DNA of 64,000 nucleotides. It comes from Zygnema circumcarinatum SAG 698-1b (lineage: Eukaryota > Plantae > Zygnematophyceae). The position numbers and the translations under genes are program-made. The stretch lies in NCBI GenBank assembly GCA_037447605.1, contig CM074816.1:372001-436000 (forward strand), written 5' to 3'. This document shows, in pieces, positions 12,601 to 25,551 of the stretch (the first letter of the stretch is position 1; each line of letters starts with the position of its first letter). A model generated the notes under the pieces. That model did no database searches and was not told the DNA's origin. It saw nothing but the letters and a program-made list of their open reading frames with translations.

Positions 12601-15600
12601 CTTCAACTCCTCCCACACTCGCTATGGCCTCCCGATTTCGATCATCAAACGATAAATTCCAAAGTGCTCCAGCAGCCTCTTGCCTGCGAAATTAGCCAAA
12701 CGAGGCCGGAAAAAGCAAAAAGCACACACAAAGCATTACTCATTGGTTGAACTGTCCCCACTCAACGTCTTTCATTGCTTAGGCATAAGCAGACTTAAAT
12801 TGCCACTCGCTATCACTTATAACCTTGAAGCGGGTAACACCGGCTATGTCACCCAATCGGTAGTCTGTAAACCTCCTTAGTCTTTAAGAATTGGAGCTTT
12901 ACAATGAAGGTAAGAAAACAATGGAGGATAAGGCAACAAGCCAAATAAGGTTGGAGATTGAAAACTCTATGGCGTTATGGAAGGTCGATGAACAAGTTTT
13001 GTAAGATAGCAATGCAGCAATTGACAGGAAAGGTATTCTGGGCATAAGTAAGCACCTGACTCCCTCGTTAGACGATGCCGTGAGATGCACAAGGGCCTCC
13101 AACGCTCCCGCTTCTCGCCCTACAGCTTCTGTATGGCAGTTGCTCTCTCCATGTGCTGCCAAATTACCAAGAGCCCTTGCAGCCTGCAACCCCACAAATC
13201 GAACCATGATACTATGAGAGAAGTTCAAGCTTATCACGATTTTTAAACCACGAGAGGAGCTCAACAACGATCCGCTACTACAAGAGAGCGCGCGAAAGAG
13301 AGAGAGAGTGAGGAAGAGACTATTCATACCCTCGTTATGACAATTCACGTGACAGGGCCTAATTTTTTTGAATGAGAACAAGAGTGAGCACAATTACACT
13401 TTTCTAATAAATAATTGTTGTCTTCCATCTTACGCCATGTTCTTTCAGGAAAAAATGCATTTGTCCATGCTACTTAAGTCAAATGCAAATAGCCATAGCA
13501 CAAGCATAATATTCACACTCCCAGCGGCTTTTGTTGCTTGGACCCACCTGCTCCACGACTCCATCATGTTTGCAGAAGCGAGCCAATTGGACCAATGCCT
13601 TCACTCCTCCTGCTGCTGCTACTGCCATGCTCACTGTGTCATCTGCCGCCAAATTGGCAAGTGCTCCTGCTGCTCGTTCCTGTTCAAATGAAACAGGAAC
13701 TTATATAAAGCAACTCTTCAAGGTTCACTCTTCAAAAGGACTCTTTTCATGCATAAGACTTGGCCTCTTCAGGGCATAGCATTAACGTCAGTAAGGAAGC
13801 GTCAGTATTTATTTGCTTTATCAAGGGCATTTCTTTGTCAGGTACGAATTTAGCAGGTCAGGTCTGCGGAAATGACACTGCTACTTTTTAGCCACCGGAA
13901 ATGTCAGGCTTGATGACTTGCAAAGCTGTCCAGATATCGGAAACAACTTCATGTTAAAGATTTACAGTCTGCTAATATTCTCTTTGAATGAATCTTGCAC
14001 ACTCAAGATCAATAAACACGTCTAAGATACTGTCAATTCACGCTATACAAAATGAAGAGAGAGTGGAATCCAAGTAAAATCTATAGCAAGTTCACACTCG
14101 CAGCTCACCAGAATCCCTTCATTCCCTGGTGTCTGCTTGGCAGTCAAGCCTATAAGGACAGAAATTCCTCCCGCAGCTGCAATAAGTGCCTGCAATCATC
14201 AAGAACAAGCAACGCTACGTTATTATTTAAAAATTATTCTAAGTCTAAGGAAAAAAAACACTTCAACCCATTAACAAACACTACCCGACCATTCCAGCCT
14301 ATACATTGAGACAAACAACGATCAGAGTTTCACTGACAGCCTGCAGCTGGATGACCACATTGCAAGATGGTTACAGCAAGTGATTCAACATTCAGCCTGC
14401 ACTCGAATTGACAACTTCACATGGCCCATTCAATCATCAGCTTGACTTATCCTCACCTTATGCTCTTCTCCTACTGATAGGTTCCATAGGCCTCCCGCTG
14501 CTTCCTCCACAACCCACTTGTTCGAAGACTGAGCCAACTGAGTAAGAACGGCAATACCACCCTCCTGAGCGACTGCTCGCGCTACCTCAAAGTGCACCGA
14601 CAAATTAGCCAAAGCCTGCAGAAGCAGAGAAGCCAAGAAGTTAGAGCCCCTTTGTAGTTGTCTTTGAATGAGAGCGAGTAGCATTCGACCCTCTAAAAGG
14701 ATGCGTACATCCCCTCTACATAACTTCCCTCAAAACTGACAAAAGCGATTAAGCATAGACAGCGATCGGAGGAAAAGTAGGGCTTGTTTCTTAACCTTGG
14801 CCGCCTCAGCTTGCAGCCCTTCTCTTCTTGCCTGCGCCATAGCCAGTAGCCGCGAAATTCCACCACACTTCAAAACAGCTTCAGCCCTCTCTTTATCGAC
14901 AGTAGCATCCACATCATCTACCACAACAAACGTTCCGAGCGCATTGGCTGCCCGTTCCTGTACATCCTCATTCGGACTATCGAGCAGGGCAACGAGTCCT
15001 TGGGCTCCATGCTGCAACCAGAATGTCTCCAAGCCTTCATTTCTCTCCGACATTCTTTGCAAGGAGTGTGCTAAAACCAATTCTAGCCAATCACCTAACT
15101 TTCTCCACCGCTTCTGTGCTTCCCCTCCCAACCACTGTTCGGCCCATTCAGGTGAGCCCGGACCAGTAAGCAGCCCTGCCGATTGCATGGAATCATTTGC
15201 CTTCCTTTTGCGGTAAAACAATCCCCCCGTTGATCCTCTTGCCGCCCTTCCTGCAACTCTTCCAGCCACGGACTGTGCAGCAGGGTCAACCTCTGAAAGA
15301 TTTGCCTGACTTCTGCTGCAAGCGCCATCTTTCCCCCGCCAAGAAGTGAAGTGTGCCAACGCCTGATTCATGTCGGTCACAATTCCAACCACAATCTTTG
15401 AACGTGGCAAGCTGCTTATACCTTCTGGAAACACTTCAAATAAAAGGCAATGCATTGCACACAACATTTTCAGACTGGGTATCGCCAAAAGCCTTGAAGC
15501 GACTGCAGGAGTAATATCAGTTCGGGAGACATCCAAAGCCTCCAAATTGGGCAACGATTGCCAGTGATCAGCCGCGGCTGACCATTGGACGGTTGAACCT

Positions 15601-16553
15601 GCAACTGAAAGCCTCCTTACCTGCTTCAACTCCGCTATAGCTTTCTCATCCACCGGACCGCAATCCACTAAAGCCAGGTCCTCTAAATCACTGCAACTAG
15701 AAGCTAAAGCAGCAATTGCTTCACCATCTAGTCTCATTAGTCCTCCCAGGCGCACTTTCTTAAGGCGCGGACAACAGAAGGCAATAATCTTGACAGCGTC
15801 GCTTGTGAGTCGCACCGTATCTGCCAAATGGAGAACCTGCAAATGGGGATGTCGAGCCGCCAGCATGGCCATGGTGGCATCGGTCAAATCTACGCACGCG
15901 TCCCCTTTCAGGACTTTCAGCTGAGACGCGCATAGCTTTGCTGCAGAAACTGCTGCTGCACATCCTTTGAGCCGCAGCTCCTGCAAGTTCGTGCAGCGGA
16001 CTGCTAATGATTCTGCAGCTTCCGCATCAAAATTGTACGCTCGAACATCCAGATGGTTCCACAATATGGGAGATGCGGACAACTGATGCCATGTTTGGCA
16101 AACACACGCAAGCCTAGCGACGTCCCGGAATCCCAGAAAGCTGAAAACTCGAATCAGGGTATCGTCTGGCAAGCACTTCCAATCTGCCTCGCGAAGCGGC
16201 TGCTCAGTTGGTTCTGAAACGTCTTTCGTAGATTCAGTAACGCAGACTTCTTCTTGCTGTGGTGCATCTGTGTCCATCTCAACAATTTCATGCACGTCGC
16301 CTTCAGCTTCATGGACAGGCTGCTTCAACAATTTCAGTTGTGCCATATCCTCCCTCTGTGCATTGCTGTCTTGCGCCGAATCCAAGATTTTGACCCTCCC
16401 AACCTCCATGAAGCGGCCACCCCCTCCCCCTGAAGATGAAGATAGGAGCAAGGGAGCGTCTTCTCCTCGCACACTTGGAGCCCCAATATTGGACTTCACC
16501 CTTGGACGGTCCTCAGCTTCATGCTCCGCCTTCCGCTTCGCACGTCTCGTCAT
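9698..16553 (-). CDS. ARABIDILLO: ARABIDILLO-like F-box/LRR/Armadillo-repeat protein
   Basis: MTRRAKRK start, F-box WKCLPDDTLIRVFSFL, LRRs, and ARM exons QEAAGALWNLSFDDRNREAI, QERAAGALWGLSVSEAN and DVHETAAGALWNLAFN...MARFMAALALAYMF. C-terminus EAGHLRC and CAAFALLQFTMP. About ten GT-AG-bounded exons were traced. Confidence 0.95.
10961..11048. repeat. 23-bp minisatellite, about 3.8 copies (CATGCATGTASTCATGTTAGATT), in an ARABIDILLO intron
   Basis: Units start at 10961, 10984, 11007 and 11030, each with 1-3 mismatches. Confidence 0.9.
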
Positions 16554-17613
16554 CTCGCCGCCACTTCAACCTGTGCTCCTGATCAACTCTAATCCAATTT
16601 GGCACCTTCCTCTGCACAAAGTTCGGCAAATACCCCTTGGTTCTTGCTCCACATGAAGCACTAGCTATTCCTGCTCCATACCAAGACAGAAACGAGAGAG
16701 AAAGAAATAGAAAGGAGGGAGGGGGGGGGGGAGGGGGGAAGAGGGATGCAGAGACGCACGGAGAGCAGAAAAGAGTGAGGGGCAAGAAGTCAGTGAGGAA
16801 AGCAGAGAAGGCGAGAGCCTTGAAAGAGAAAATAAGAGGCAATGAGAAGCAGAGGGTAAGAAGGAGGGCAAAAAGAGGAGAGGCAGAGCCAGAGAAGCAA
16901 AGGAAATAGTTCGGACAAAAAGGAGGAATGGAGAGTCAGCAGTTGGTGTGAAGAAGAGGGAAGGCAAGCATGGAGGGAAATCAGGCAGAGGGTGGTCTGT
17001 GAGAGAGAGGCAGACGGAGCGAGAGAGGGGGAACGCGGTAAGAAGAAGAGAGAGAGAGTCAGAGAGAGCCGGGGGAGAGGGAGGGAGAGCGCTTCCAGGA
17101 CGCGCAGGGGAGAGCAGAACTTAAGCTGCCACCGGACACGGCACAAAGTACAGAAAGCGGCGGTCGACTCTCCATGCGCCAGTTCCCGTATCGCTTCAAT
17201 ATTGTATGTTGGAACAGCTGTTCTACTAGATTTTTCGAATTTCATTTTATGTAGACCCATTCATAAGTGACCAGTTCCCTGCTGTCGTTGTTACGGGCCC
17301 ACATTTTCGGTATTTCATACATATAGCCGCGTGAAGTCCGGCGTTCTATGCTGCTCATTTTCCGCCGTTTCGCGTAGCTTGGAACTGAGTTTCTGATGAG
17401 AGCAGTTCACATGTGATAAGATTCAGTACTTTGCCACGTCACATGCCATGTTGGATCAAAAGTCAACAGCCAGTAAAAAATCGACACCTAGAAGTCAATG
17501 AGTTTCTATGCTGGAAATTGGACTGAAACAAATCCACATGTAGCCTTCAAGCTGAAAGGGAGGCTCGTCTACCTTCGTTGCCTCCCTCGTAGCAGCTTCA
17601 TCTCTTGCAGGCC

Positions 17614-20600
17614 ATGGCGGGCTTAAGGGCGCTCCTGCCGCTTCAAGGGCGCAACGTGGAAGGTTTGCGTGCATTGGAACGGGGTTCAGGGAAGCTCTCT
17701 ACAGCTTCTGAGATAAGGCGTGTGAAAGGGAGCTTCTTTTCGCGCCAAGTGGGAGGATTCAAAGGGGAAGGTTTGGAGGCCGCGCGGATTAGGGTTGGAG
17801 TTAGGGTTGGAGTTGGGTATGGAAAGGCCGTCCGGGAGGCTAATCATGCTCTTCAGAAGGTGAGCGCATTAATTTTTAAGACACTAATTTTTTTTTTTGA
17901 AATCAGGTTCAGAAGAGTATGTTTTTGCACTTCGGCGCACTCAGTTTCTATTGTAGTAGGATACCTTAGGGGGTTTGAGCTTGCATTTCGTTGATTTATT
18001 TGTAAAAAAATGAATTTGGTCCTCAAGGGTCCCCTTTAGAGCTTTTCGCTCCTCTGTCTGCCAAAGGCGCTAGTTCTATTGCTGATTGTTTCTGTATTTA
18101 GCCTGTTTTCTGTATTAATCCATCCAAACAGTGGATGTTAGTACAATCTCCTGGTCTCTGATATACTTTAGTTGTTTTAGCAGAAGAGCTTGACTTATTG
18201 GCTACTTGGAGGGCTACTAAGTCATTGGACTTTGTGAATGTTAGGCCTTGTGTAACTTCACGAGCACTCAGCTGTTGGTTCGAGATATCTAGACGTGGGT
18301 TAAAGCTAAATAACAATATTAAATGCAAGGCAAATTTAATGTGCAATGCGTCTTGTTCAGGTGCTGTCTCCAGGTGAGAAGCCTAGCTAGGAAGAGTGAG
18401 TTATGCACGCTTTTGTTCCCCTTCTAGCTCTCAAATCTGTTTCCCCAATGACTGGCTAAGAACAGCCGCAAATGGTTTCGCTGCTCCGGTGTTGAGATTT
18501 GCTTGTACGGGTTGGTCAACACGCAGCAGTATCAGTGCAGGCCTTTTGCTACGTTAAGAGGAGCTGAAGCGCCACCATTTGTTGGAGATTTAGGTGTACG
18601 AAGTGGCTTCATTGAAGCGGTAAGCTGGTCGCCGGCTGCCTCTCAATTTGGTCTAAATCTCATGATTATTTCCGTTTGTATGAAAGTTTTACTATATGTC
18701 GATTCTGGGTGACCATGCAGTTTTGAGTTGACCATAACGTTGAGCCAATTAAACCTGAACACATCGAATGCATTGTTTGAGCTTGTGAGGATCACACCAT
18801 GTCCAACCAACTTTCTTCTTTCATGAATATGAATCACTCAATGGCAGATGGTGATATGGGTTATGCAATCCAATTCGGAGCCACTCTTTCGCTGTCCTGT
18901 CGTCACATAACCAGGTTGACCACCACAGGACAATAGGAACCTCGGTTGTTGTCTGACGACGATTGCAGATGCGTACACATATTGCTACATGAATCATGAA
19001 GTTAAATCTCAGAGTTTAGTGTATTTGTCACTTTGTTAATTGAGTTTTGGTCTAAAGAAACTTGCATTAAACAGTGCTTATTGCTTGCACACTGTTCGTG
19101 CTTGCCTATAAGGCCAATTGTAGAAAGGAACTGGCGCTTGCTAGTCAAAGAAAATGCTTCAAGTATATACTTAATTGATCAGCAATTGTAGCTGTAAATT
19201 TTTCATCTTATCTATACAGATTGGAAACACGCCTCTGATTCGATTGAACAAGGCGAGCGAGGAGACAGGTTGCGAAATCTATGGCAAGGTGAAGTTCTCC
19301 TCCTTCTAATGATATTTTTTGTTGCTTCTTCGTGACCTCTCGTTGAATTCGTTTGTTTTGCTGTTGAAGTTGTGAAATTAGAAAGCTTGTGTGATTTTTT
19401 TTGCGCGTACACCGTATGAAAATTATCATAGTTGCCTCGCCGTGTTGTGGCTACTGATATTGCCCATATGCTTTCCTGTGGGGCAGGCTGAATTTCTCAA
19501 CCCGGGGGGCTCGGTGAAAGATCGTGCAGCTCTCTACATCATCAAGGTGACATCTTACTTGCCACCATTCCTAGTCTTAGCGTGAATGTTATAGTCTAAT
19601 ACACATCTCCCAGCCCAAATTTTACATAACAGCAGAGCGTCCAAAATAGCTTATTAAATCCCACCACATCAACTTCCATTCATGTATGCAATCTCCCTTG
19701 TTCATGTTTAAGGTATCATCGTCCAACAATGCAAGAACGAAAATTCGTTCACAAGCAAAGAACCCTAAAAGCCTACAGCCATCTACATGACTTTCACAAT
19801 ATGAATACAGGAAACACATACATAGTTTCTTAGCCTTGCCAAGTTTCTATGGTGTCCAATCATCCCATTTCCTGTTGACAGTTGGGGGGAGCAGGATGCT
19901 GAAGAGAGAGGTCTCCTTCAAAAGGGCGGAATCATTGTGGAGGGAACTGCGGGCAATACTGGAATTGGGCTCGCCCTCGTGGCAAATGCACGAGGGTACA
20001 AAACCGTCATAGTCATCCCCGAGACTCAAAGCCAGGTGGCATTCCCTCATTGGCCTGACTGCAGTACTGATCAGTTCAGTTTTAAACTCTATGCTTCTGT
20101 TGGGGTGCTCTGTTGCTGAATGCGAGGAAGAAGAGAGGAGAGAGAAGTGAGAAGAGAGTTGAGAGAGGAGAGAAGAGAGAAAAGCCCAGCCTTCTCAGCG
20201 TTTTATTGATGGGTCATTCTATGCAGGAAAAGAAGGATATGCTGCGGATTGCAGGAGCCACATTGGTGCAGGTGGGCCATCATATCTTGTCAGATGTCAT
20301 CGTGGGACATGTTTTTATCATTTCTCATATATCATTTAAGCTTTCTCTCTTTCGAAGCTTTTCTATATAGAGTTTTTATACCTTTGGGTGTCCTAATGAT
20401 GGCAATTTGGTTCATATTTCGCATTTGAGAGGAGGCAGGTGCCAGCTGTGCCGTACAAAAACCCCAACAATTATGTGAAATATTCGGGGCGACTTGCTGA
20501 ACATCTTGCACAAGTAGGAGGCCTTCCTTGCTTTCATTAACTCAATCTCTTGAGAATTCCAGCTTAGCGAGCAGATTTTAAGATTTGAAGGAAAGGATCT

Positions 20601-23247
20601 ATGAAGGAATTGAAGTATCGCTGACACTTTCAGTGTTTTGGATGATGGAATAGACAAAAGATACTTGTTTCTTAAGTTTGCAGAGGCTGCACTTTGAGGT
20701 GTTTTTTGACAATTTGCATCCTTTGCGGACTAGTACTTTGAGTAGAATGTCTGATAGATTCCTTGTCTGAGTTGGGTTTTTCTGTTTGGCAGACCATCCC
20801 AGGTGGTGCTATTTGGGGTAATCAGGTGAGTTTTCATTCTCACTGTTGGTAATCTCAAATTCTGCTGTCGTATACTTACAAGGGTGGCCTAACACATACT
20901 TGAAGTTGGAGATAGTGCGTTTGTGGTGTTTTAGAAGAGGTAGCGCGAGCTCACCTTAAAGGCCTGCTTAGATTCAGACTCAAAAGAAAATATTTTATGG
21001 TCCAAAGCTAAAGCCCAAGTGCTTATCTACGGCTTGTCTTTGCTACAGTTTGACAACCAAGCGAATCGAAGGGCACATTATGAAACCACAGGTGAGTTTT
21101 CATCTTGGTTTTAGGAATGGAAAGATGGAGTCGGAGAGTTGATGAGAGGGCAGAGAGAGATGGACAGGAGTGGAAGGGAAGAGGAGGTTTGAGTGGATAC
21201 AAGTAGAAAAGTTGTCGACTTTGGCTTCTGTACCTTGGCGAACTTAAACATAGTTGCTATGATTTTAAGGCTAAGTTGGAACTTTTCTTTCTTACTTTTT
21301 TTCTTTCTTTCTTTCGTTCTCTCCTTCTTGCTTTCTTGATATTCATTTTCTTTCCAGTCTCCCAAACTTTCTTTTATCTTCTTCATATTCCGTGCTCCTC
21401 TCTCCGTTTTCACTCATCCTCCCCCTTATCCCCTTTGAATCCCTGCTACCATTTTTTTCCCCCCTTCTCCTATACTCGTCTTACCCTCTTATCATCCTCC
21501 CTTCTCCTCCTATGCTCTGCCTCTATCTTGTCTCCTCTTCCTCCATAACCCTCCCCTATTATCGTTTCCTCCTCTCCTTCTTTCTCCCACACTCCATCGG
21601 TTTCTGTCTCTCGTCCTCCTTCTCTTTTTCTTCCTTCAATCTCAATTCGTTCCACTGTCTATTCCACTGTTCTATCTCTCTCAATCTGTTCCACTCCTTC
21701 AGATCCCACTACCTGCCCACTTTCCCTTTCCCTTTCCTGCCTACCACCCATTACCCATCCACTGGTTTTGCATTCCAATTTCAATGTGAGAATCATATTT
21801 GTCATGGAAACCATGGAGCCCCATCAAGCACAAGCCCTATTTCTCTCAGTACCCTAAAACCCTAGAAGCTTCCTCGTTGTTGCAGGCCCTGAAATTTGGA
21901 ATCAAACAGGAGGGCGTGTGGATGGCTTCATATGTGCAATTGGGACAGGTGGCACTTTAGCTGGCACAGGGAGAGTGCGTTTCTTTCCCAATATGTGGCA
22001 AAATTCTCCTTTCCTTAAACCTTTGCCACTTTCAGCTTCCAGCTTCTTCATACTAGCGGTAGTAGCAGTAGCTGATCTTGGCTCTAATCTGAGCGATGTG
22101 GTGAATGTGTGCAGTACTTAAAGGAGCGCAATTCCAGCATTCGAATCGGAATGGTTGATCCCATGGGTGCTGCCCTTTACTCCTACTTCGATGCAGGAGT
22201 TTTGCAATCGTCAGGCTCATCGGTATGTAACGAGACCGGCACATACGCTAAAGCAACATATGTATTAGCCTTTGAATGAATGAAGATGGGCTGTTTCCTG
22301 CATGAGGGAGGTATTAGAGACCATACCCATTGGTGTATATCTTCAAGAGCACAGTCAAGGAAGCTGCATAATGAGCAGCAGCATTGAAAGCTACTCTTGG
22401 TTTGAATGTTGCAGATATCAGAAGGAATTGGGCAGGGACGGATAACGGGAAATCTTGAGTCGTGGGGGGTGCCGACTCGGGAAGGTGGTGTGGTTGACTT
22501 CTGGTGTCAGGTAGACAGCAGATTTTCCCATAGTGGGGAGTTCACCTGGTATTGAAGCAGATTAGTTTGTGCAGTTGCCTATAGCTAAAATCTTATGGGC
22601 TGAAGCGTAGGCTGGCTAAGGAGGAAAGAGGAAGGAAGAAGGAGGAAGGAAAGGAAGGAGGAAGGAAAGGAAGTAGGAAGGAAGGAAGGAAGGAAGGAAG
22701 GAGGTGGAAGGAGGGTGATGGTGGGTTCGTCTGACTGCTGTTATGCTCTCGTGCTGACACAGTGAGGCTAAGTTGTCATGTTTTCATTTTACCAGGCGAC
22801 GGATGAGGAAGCACTGCCAATAATGTATGGGCTGCTTCGGCAGGAGGGCCTTTGCATGGGTGCATCGACAGGAATTAACGTTGCAGGTTCTTTTTCTAAT
22901 CGCTTGCTCCAAAAGGATTTCAAAATTATGCCTTTCTCTTGAATGTACGGCTGTGTTTGAAGCTCCTCCGCTCTAAAGAGCTTTCCGGAGCAGCAAAAAT
23001 CCTTTAGATTGAGGTTGTATTACTCCAACATGGTGAGGGCTTGTGGGTGATAGGAGCCATTAAATTGGCGAAGGAGATGGGGCCCGGTCACACCATCGTA
23101 ACAATTCTCTGCGACTTGGGGACTCGCTATCAGGGCAAACTTTTCAATGTTGAATTTCTGAAAGCCAAGGGATTGCCTTATCCTGGATGGCTGGACGCTT
23201 CATACAAGGACTTTGATGTCCCTTCCGTGTTCCAAGCAGTAGAGTAG
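17614..23247 (+). CDS. cysK: PLP-dependent cysteine synthase / O-acetylserine(thiol)lyase with N-terminal transit-like extension
   Basis: Exons [25 protein letters not shown] (PLP lysine), [29 protein letters not shown]|[14 protein letters not shown]|[20 protein letters not shown] and [10 protein letters not shown], all with GT-AG boundaries. Confidence 0.93.
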
Positions 23248-24259
23248 TCCGTTAGCTTCTTGCTTTTACATGCTTCTATCTCAGTTTACGCTCTGAAGCG
23301 CAAGGGCAGTGTCATAGTTACTTGCATGCTTACAATGTTACTGTGCTTAGTGATTGTGCAAAAACTGCCGCTCTTGAAGGTGCAGCTCGAAGGAGAAGGG
23401 GGAGAAAAAGCAGGCTTGTCGTTGTAAGGATAATTTTTTTTTTAAACAATTGAACTGCAGTTAAATGATCACTCACACCTTTTGAATCGCAGTACCTTTT
23501 GAACATTATCGAAAAGAAGCCGTGATTTTGCGTAGCAAAACTGCCAACAGGGTTCATGCTTCTTGCGTCATGTTCATTCCGTCATTCATGAAGCAAAAAA
23601 CCAACAGGAATATCCTTTGACTAGAAGACTCAAGGTGTCTCTTACTGGCGAAATTCAGCAGTGCCAGGAATGTTCTCTTCGAAATGTATTTCCTGGTTCA
23701 ATAAAATACTGACCAAAAAGGATTCCAGCAGCTAGTGCTAATGCTGGATATCCAGAACCCTATGGTATTCTCTCCAAATTTGAAGGTCACCGTTTCAAAA
23801 CTGAAAGGGTAACGGAAATCTTCTTCTCTGCTATTGATCAGAAATGTGATTGTTGCCAGGTCAGCTTGCTGCTGGTATTGCATCAAGATAGTCCACATAT
23901 TTAAACACAAATCTCTACCTAGCAACACAATATCTTCCTCTGAGAAGCACAGGCAAGCCGTTTTGAGAATTTCGAAATGCTTTGGCAAATACCGACCTTG
24001 CCAAACATCCGATTTCGATTTGTTTCTTGCAGAATCAACGCGCAGAATGCTTTAGCTGCATTTCGCTGTGAACCTACAAGTTCTCGAGAACTGTTTGTAA
24101 ATGCATTTTGTGCATTCATGGATGTTTTGCACTCTCCCTCGTGAATTATTATTCGGTTTGACTTTGTCTGAAAGAAAGGTCATGTCATAGTCATACTCAC
24201 AGCATAAAAAAATTCCCAACTTGTGTCCACTTCATCCTTGCAAACTACGTTTGTTTTGC

Positions 24260-24979
24260 TCACTGCTTACTCTGCCGTGTCCAATCTCCACTTTTTCCAC
24301 CAAACTTGGATTCAAGCCGAACGTCTCTGATCTCAATATGCTTAGAAACGGCCTTGCACATATCATAAACCGTTAATGCTGTAAGGGATACTGCAGTGAG
24401 GGCTTCCATCTCCACACCTGTTGCTCCCCTGCAGGAAGCCATGGCTTTGACTCGAACACCATCCACCTGCTTGTCTAATGCGAGCTCTACCTCCACGGCA
24501 GAAAGTGCAACGTGGTGGCACAGGGGAATTAGCGCACTGGTCTGCTTTGCTCCACTGATGCCTGCTATCTTTGCCACAGTCAGCACATCTCCTTTCGCAA
24601 TTTGATTTGCTGCCACAAGTTCAAAAGCCTTTGGTCCCAAATATACCCAACCAGATGCTGTGGCAGTACGCACAGTCTCATCTTTGGCAGAGATATTCAC
24701 CATGGCTGCCAGCCCTGCCGAGTCCACATGAGTCAGCTTCTTGCTGACTCCCTCAATAACACCTTCGGTCTTCTCCTTCACATTCTGCAGCGGAAAAGGG
24801 GAAGTTGTCTTCAGTTTCTGACAATTCTTCTGCAACGGCAAGGGCAGACAAAGAGGCAGAAAGTCTATCACCTCTTGTCCCTTCAGTGAAGCAGGGGATG
24901 CGCAGAGGTCATGGCATCTGCGGCGGAGGAGCAGGGTAGTTTGAGACCTTAGAGAAGGCAGCAGAAGTGCAAGCAGCAT
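24260..24979 (-). CDS. CNX3: Cyclic pyranopterin monophosphate synthase (MoaC/CNX3); coding region intronless
   Basis: LTHVD..G.AAMVNIS.K, KGDVLTVAKIAGISGAKQTSALIPLCH, TGVEMEALTAVS and YDMCKAV...KFGGKSG. Confidence 0.95.
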   Translation of the reverse strand: MLLALLLPSLRSQTTLLLRRRCHDLCASPASLKGQEVIDFLPLCLPLPLQKNCQKLKTTSPFPLQNVKEKTEGVIEGVSKKLTHVDSAGLAAMVNISAKDETVRTATASGWVYLGPKAFELVAANQIAKGDVLTVAKIAGISGAKQTSALIPLCHHVALSAVEVELALDKQVDGVRVKAMASCRGATGVEMEALTAVSLTALTVYDMCKAVSKHIEIRDVRLESKFGGKSGDWTRQSKQ

Positions 24980-25046
24980 CGGCCCTGTCTACACGAAGGC
25001 TCAGCTTAAGCTTCAAATTGTACTTTCGTCTTGGCCGAGCTTAAGA

Positions 25047-25370
25047 TTAGGGTTAGGGCGAGGCTTCGGACCTCATCCGGCCTTCAGAACGGGAAATGTA
25101 CAGTGAACGCTTGGTTATGTAGGGAATAAAGGATGGGTTTAGGTTTGAGACTGGCGTTAGGGTTGTGAAACGAGTTTGAGGTGAACCTTAAGATTAGAGT
25201 TAACGTTAAGATTAGACATAGGGTTAAAATCACATGTAGGATTAGAGATTAGCTATTATTTTTAGAATATACTAATATGGTTGGTATAAGATCGAGATTA
25301 GGGTTAAGCTAAGGTGAGGACTAGGAGTATTGCTGCGAGTTAGGGTTGAAAGGTGAAGGTTAGGGTAAGC
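25047..25370 (+). repeat. Degenerate interstitial telomere-like (TTAGGG/TTAGRG) tract between the CNX3 and GalAK starts
   Basis: ttagggttaggg at 25047, plus several gttagggtt, gattagggtt and gattagagtt units to about 25370. Confidence 0.65.
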
Positions 25371-25551
25371 GTCGGGGTTCAGGTCTGAATGAGAATAGAT
25401 AGGTTATAACCTGAGATTGATGAAGTCAGGATTGAAAGATTGTTGATTAGTTCCCGGGGATCGTTTGGGTCTCTGGCAATTCACTGCTGGAGAATAAAAT
25501 CATTGCGTGTTTGTAAGTGAGAGCAGAAACATTTCCTACCGCTTCCTCTAA

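Noticed and set aside
17390-17430. CTGATGAG as a hammerhead ribozyme core
   Set aside because: No stem II followed by GAAA.
23500-24120. Minus-strand ORFs between cysteine synthase and CNX3 (EEDFRYPF, faintly ELMO-like)
   Set aside because: The similarity is too short; this is probably 3' UTR sequence.
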